Below the pieces are notes generated by a model. That model made no database searches. It saw nothing but the letters and a program-made list of their open reading frames with translations, and was not told the DNA's origin. From contig CAITIS010000067.1 of assembly GCA_903892515.1 (NCBI GenBank), positions 65,347 to 129,346 of the forward strand: a DNA stretch of 64,000 nt. The letters are read 5' to 3'. Positions 60,294 to 64,000 of this stretch are shown one piece after another; within the stretch, counting starts at the first letter, position 1, and the number at the start of each line of letters is the position of its first letter. The translations under genes and the position numbers were made by a program. The stretch is from an uncultured Planctomycetota bacterium. GTDB lineage: Bacteria > Planctomycetota > Phycisphaerae > SM23-33.

Positions 60294-60544
60294 TTATTCA
60301 ACAGCTGTCAGCTCTGGCCAAGCATGGCTCGCCACGCTCGCAAAGTGCCCATTCCCTGTATCCCTGCCACCTCGCTGGCACTTCATCTTGCTGCCGGAAT
60401 ATCATTGCGAACCATCCCCGTTTTATGCAGAATGCATGACTTTGTTGCCCGGCGCGAGACAGCCATGCAGGGAACGTTCCCCCAATAGCGCCGGAGAGAG
60501 GCCAACGGCCTCGCCAAGTGCCTACTTCAGAAGGGATGCAGAAG

Positions 60545-63500
60545 ATGAAACCGACGTCCGACAAGCGCCGAACGGCGACAATCGATGCCAACGAAGCAGT
60601 GGCCCTCATTGCCCACAAGCTCAGCGAAGTGATCGCCATTTACCCGATCACGCCCTCCAGCGGCATGGGCGAGCACAGCGATGCCTGGAGCTCCGAGGGC
60701 AGGAAGAACCTCTGGGGCACCGTCCCGCTGGTAGCTGAGATGCAGAGCGAAGCCGGCGCCGCCGGCGCTGTCCACGGCGCCCTGCAGACCGGCGCGCTGA
60801 CCACCACTTTCACGGCCAGCCAGGGCCTGCTGCTGATGATCCCCAACATGAACAAGATCGCCGGCGAGCTTACCCCGGCCGTGTTTCATGTCACCGCCCG
60901 CTCGCTGGCCTACCAGGCCCTGAGCATCTTCGGCGACCACAGCGACGTCATGGCCGTGCGCCAGACCGGCTTTGCCATGCTCTGCTCCAACAGCGCCCAG
61001 GAAGCCCATGACCTGGCCGTGGTGGCCCACGCCGCCACGCTGGAAGCCCGCGTGCCGTTCATGCACTTCTTCGACGGCTTCCGCACCAGCCACGAGGTAC
61101 AGAAGATCGAACTGCTGGCCGACGAAGTCCTGCGCGAGATGGTCAGCGACGACCTGGTCAAGGCCCACCGTGATCGCGCCATGTCGCCTGAACGTCCTTT
61201 CCTGCGCGGCACCAGCCAGAACCCCGACGTGTACTTCCAGGGTCGCGAGACCGTCAACCCCTTCTACGACAAGTGCCCCGCCATCGTGCAGAAGGCGATG
61301 GACAAGTTCGCCAAGCTGTCGGGCCGGCAGTACAAGCTGTACGAATACGTCGGCGCTGCCGATGCCGATCGCATCATCGTCATGATGGGCTCGGGCGCCG
61401 ACTGCGTGCACGACACCGTCGAGCACCTCAACGCCCAGGGCCAGAAGGTCGGCCTGCTGAAGGTCCGGCTGTACCGCCCCTTCAGCATGAAGGACTTCGT
61501 TTCGGCCATTCCCGCCAGCGTCAAGAAGATCGCCGTCATGGACCGCACCAAGGAGCCGGGCGCCGGCGGCGACCCGCTGCACCTGGACGTGGTGATGGCC
61601 TTGTCGGAGATGGGCCGGCAGATCAAGACCATCGGCGGCCGGTATGGCCTGTCGAGCAAGGAATTCACGCCCGCCATGGCCAAGGCGATCTACGACAACC
61701 TGGCCCAGAGCGAGCCCAAGAACCACTTCACCGTGGGCATCAACGACGACGTGACGCACACGTCACTGGCCGTCGATGCCAGCTTCAACATCGAGCCCAA
61801 GGACGTGGTCCGCTGCATGTTCTACGGGCTGGGTTCCGACGGCACGGTGGGCGCCAACAAGAACTCCATCAAGATCATCGGCGACGAGACGGACAACTTC
61901 GCCCAGGGCTATTTCGTGTACGACTCCAAGAAGGCCGGCGCCATGACGGTGTCGCACCTTCGCTTTGGCCCCCGGCCTATCCGCTCGACGTACCTGATCA
62001 ATCACGCCAACTTCGTGGCCTGCCACCAGTTCACGTTCCTGGAGCGGTTTGACATGTTCACCCAGTTGGTGGAAGGCGGCGTGTTCCTGCTGAACACCCC
62101 CTACACCATCGAGGAGACGTGGGACCGCATGCCGCGCAACGTCCAGCAGGCCATCATCGACAAGAAGGCGCGCTTCTACGCCATCAACGCCTACGAAGTG
62201 GCCAAGGCCACCGGCATGGGCGGCAGAGTCAACACCATCATGCAGACCTGCTTCTTCGCCCTCTCGGGCATCCTGCCCAAGGACGAGGCCATCGCCAAGA
62301 TCAAGAAGGCCATCTTGAAGACGTATGGCTCCAAGGGCGAGAAGGTTGTGCAGATGAACTACAACGCCGTGGACCAGACGCTGGCCCACCTGCACGATAT
62401 GAAGGAGTACATCACCGCGAAGCCAACCTCGAAGATCGAGAACCCGCCGGTGGTCTCCGACAAGGCGCCGGCGTTCATCAAGAATGTCACGGCCGCCATC
62501 CTGGCCGGCAAGGGCGACGACATTCCGGTTTCGGCCATGCCCATCGACGGCACCTGGCCGACCGGGACGACGCAGTGGGAAAAGCGGAACATCGCGCTGG
62601 AAATCCCGGCCTGGGACCCGGCCGTTTGCATCCAGTGCGGCAAGTGCTCCATTGCCTGCCCGCACGCCACCATCCGCATCAAGGTGTACGACCCCAAGTG
62701 CGTGGCCAATGCCCCGGCCACCTTCAAGAGCACCGATGCCAAGGGCAAGGAATTTGCCGGCATGAAGTGCACCGTGCAGGTCGCCCCCGAAGACTGCACC
62801 GGCTGCGGCAATTGCGTGGAAGTCTGCCCGGCCAAGAACAAGGCCGAGCCGCGCCGCAAGGCCATCAACATGGAGTTCCAGCCGCCGCTGCGTCAGGCGG
62901 AGAAGACCAATTACGAGTTCTTCCTGACGCTGCCCGAGGCCGACCGCACGCAGCTCAAGGTCAACACCGTCAAGGGCAGCCAGCTCTGCCAGCCGCTGTT
63001 TGAATACTCCGGCTGCTGTGCCGGCTGCGGCGAAACTCAGTACATCAAGCTGCTCACCCAGCTCTTCGGCGACCGGCTGCTGATCGGCAACGCCACGGGC
63101 TGTTCGAGCATCTACGGCGGCAACCTGCCCACCACGCCGTATGCCAAGAACGTTGATGGCCGTGGCCCGGCCTGGAACAATTCGCTGTTCGAGGACGCCG
63201 CCGAGTTCAGCTACGGCTTCCGGCTGACGACCGACAAGCAGACGGAATTCGCCACCGAACTGGTCGAAGCCCTGCGTGAGCAGATCGGCCAGGACCTGGC
63301 CAACGGCCTGCTGAACGCCAAGCAGGATTCCGAGGCCCTCATCGCCGAGCAGCGCACCCGCGTGGCGGCCCTCAAGAGCAAGATCGCCTCCAACAGCGAC
63401 CCCAAGGCCAAGCTGCTGCTGGGGCTGGCCGACGCGTTGGTGGCCAAGAGCGTCTGGGCCATTGGCGGTGACGGCTGGGCTTATGACATCGGTTACGGCG

Positions 63501-64000
63501 GCCTGGACCACGTGCTGGCCAGTGGCCGGAATATCAACATCCTGGTCCTGGACACGCAGGTGTACTCCAACACCGGTGGCCAGTGCTCCAAGGCCACCCC
63601 GCGAGCGGCTGTGGCGAAGTTCGCCGCCGGCGGCAAGGGCGTGCCCAAGAAGGATCTGGGCCTGATCGCGATGAGCTACGGCTCGATCTTCGTGGCCCAG
63701 ATTTCGATGGGCGCCAACGACAACCACGCCGTCAAGGCCATCTGCGAGGCCGAGGCGTATCCTGGCCCCAGCCTGGTGATTGCCTACGCCCACTGCATCG
63801 CCCACGGCATCAACATGCGGACGGCCTTTGACCAGCAGAAGAAGGCCGTGGATTCGGGCTACTGGCCGCTGTACCGGTTCGACCCGCGGCAGTCGCCCCA
63901 GGGCAAGAACCCGCTGCAGTTGGACAGCAAGGCCCCGTCCATCAGCCTGAAGGACTACGCCTACAACGAGACCCGCTACACCATGCTGGCCAAGAGCAAC
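60545..64000 (+). CDS. nifJ: pyruvate:ferredoxin (flavodoxin) oxidoreductase, 3'-partial (continues past window)
   Basis: Plus-strand ORF (absent from the supplied track, which shows antisense ORFs). PFOR domains I, III, II, two 4Fe-4S ferredoxin motifs (CIQCGKCSIACP, CTGCGNCVEVCP) and TPP domain GDGW..D. AAGGGA SD before ATG 60545. Confidence 0.9.
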   Translation, partial: MKPTSDKRRTATIDANEAVALIAHKLSEVIAIYPITPSSGMGEHSDAWSSEGRKNLWGTVPLVAEMQSEAGAAGAVHGALQTGALTTTFTASQGLLLMIPNMNKIAGELTPAVFHVTARSLAYQALSIFGDHSDVMAVRQTGFAMLCSNSAQEAHDLAVVAHAATLEARVPFMHFFDGFRTSHEVQKIELLADEVLREMVSDDLVKAHRDRAMSPERPFLRGTSQNPDVYFQGRETVNPFYDKCPAIVQKAMDKFAKLSGRQYKLYEYVGAADADRIIVMMGSGADCVHDTVEHLNAQGQKVGLLKVRLYRPFSMKDFVSAIPASVKKIAVMDRTKEPGAGGDPLHLDVVMALSEMGRQIKTIGGRYGLSSKEFTPAMAKAIYDNLAQSEPKNHFTVGINDDVTHTSLAVDASFNIEPKDVVRCMFYGLGSDGTVGANKNSIKIIGDETDNFAQGYFVYDSKKAGAMTVSHLRFGPRPIRSTYLINHANFVACHQFTFLERFDMFTQLVEGGVFLLNTPYTIEETWDRMPRNVQQAIIDKKARFYAINAYEVAKATGMGGRVNTIMQTCFFALSGILPKDEAIAKIKKAILKTYGSKGEKVVQMNYNAVDQTLAHLHDMKEYITAKPTSKIENPPVVSDKAPAFIKNVTAAILAGKGDDIPVSAMPIDGTWPTGTTQWEKRNIALEIPAWDPAVCIQCGKCSIACPHATIRIKVYDPKCVANAPATFKSTDAKGKEFAGMKCTVQVAPEDCTGCGNCVEVCPAKNKAEPRRKAINMEFQPPLRQAEKTNYEFFLTLPEADRTQLKVNTVKGSQLCQPLFEYSGCCAGCGETQYIKLLTQLFGDRLLIGNATGCSSIYGGNLPTTPYAKNVDGRGPAWNNSLFEDAAEFSYGFRLTTDKQTEFATELVEALREQIGQDLANGLLNAKQDSEALIAEQRTRVAALKSKIASNSDPKAKLLLGLADALVAKSVWAIGGDGWAYDIGYGGLDHVLASGRNINILVLDTQVYSNTGGQCSKATPRAAVAKFAAGGKGVPKKDLGLIAMSYGSIFVAQISMGANDNHAVKAICEAEAYPGPSLVIAYAHCIAHGINMRTAFDQQKKAVDSGYWPLYRFDPRQSPQGKNPLQLDSKAPSISLKDYAYNETRYTMLAKSN

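Noticed and set aside
60527-63805. Long minus-strand ORFs (60527..61759, 61763..63805) in the supplied track
   Set aside because: They are antisense to a plus-strand gene with unmistakable PFOR domain order, Fe-S cysteine motifs and TPP motif. High-GC antisense frames stay open by chance.

Overview
High-GC (~65%) bacterial chromosomal window, most likely Planctomycetota-like: it has PEP-CTERM sorting, a Tad/Flp pilus locus, large structured intergenic regions and many short palindromic repeats. The first ~40 kb is mainly housekeeping: serA, miaA, glyQS, ligA, ndk, rpsO-pnp, cspA-family, dxr-rseP, hom-(ApgM-like)-lysC, a second apgM paralog, aroC/aroA, and L-lactate permease. Small accessory insertions interrupt it: a RHH-PIN TA pair, a HicAB pair between aroA and aroC, a lower-GC two-gene cassette whose first gene carries an Rx5H HEPN-like motif, and a small membrane-protein gene flanked by 27-bp direct repeats. 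A GT2-YdjC-flippase-like envelope operon follows. The last ~16 kb is a co-directional minus-strand cluster encoding a non-canonical Tad/Flp (Kil-like) pilus or secretion apparatus. It contains TadG/TadE-like pseudopilins, CpaB, TadB/C, two CpaF ATPases (one with an N-terminal FHA domain), two Flp pilins and an A24 prepilin peptidase. A Hanks-type Ser/Thr kinase with a long TPR tail is embedded in the cluster, and an FHA membrane protein sits at its end. After it come tRNA-Ser, a glycoside-hydrolase-like paralog, a PEP-CTERM/dockerin-like S1 protease, and the 5' part of pyruvate:ferredoxin oxidoreductase. Several dispersed repeat families occur: CATGGTCA..TGACCATGCCACCC hairpins, an ATGGGCGAGACGCCCAT palindrome, a 22-bp GTAGGGCGGGCACTGCCCGCCG element, and a 10-bp tandem repeat. 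A 258-bp MITE-like structured element is also present. Start codons were chosen from motif position and gene packing, so all coordinates are approximate (typically within ~30 nt).
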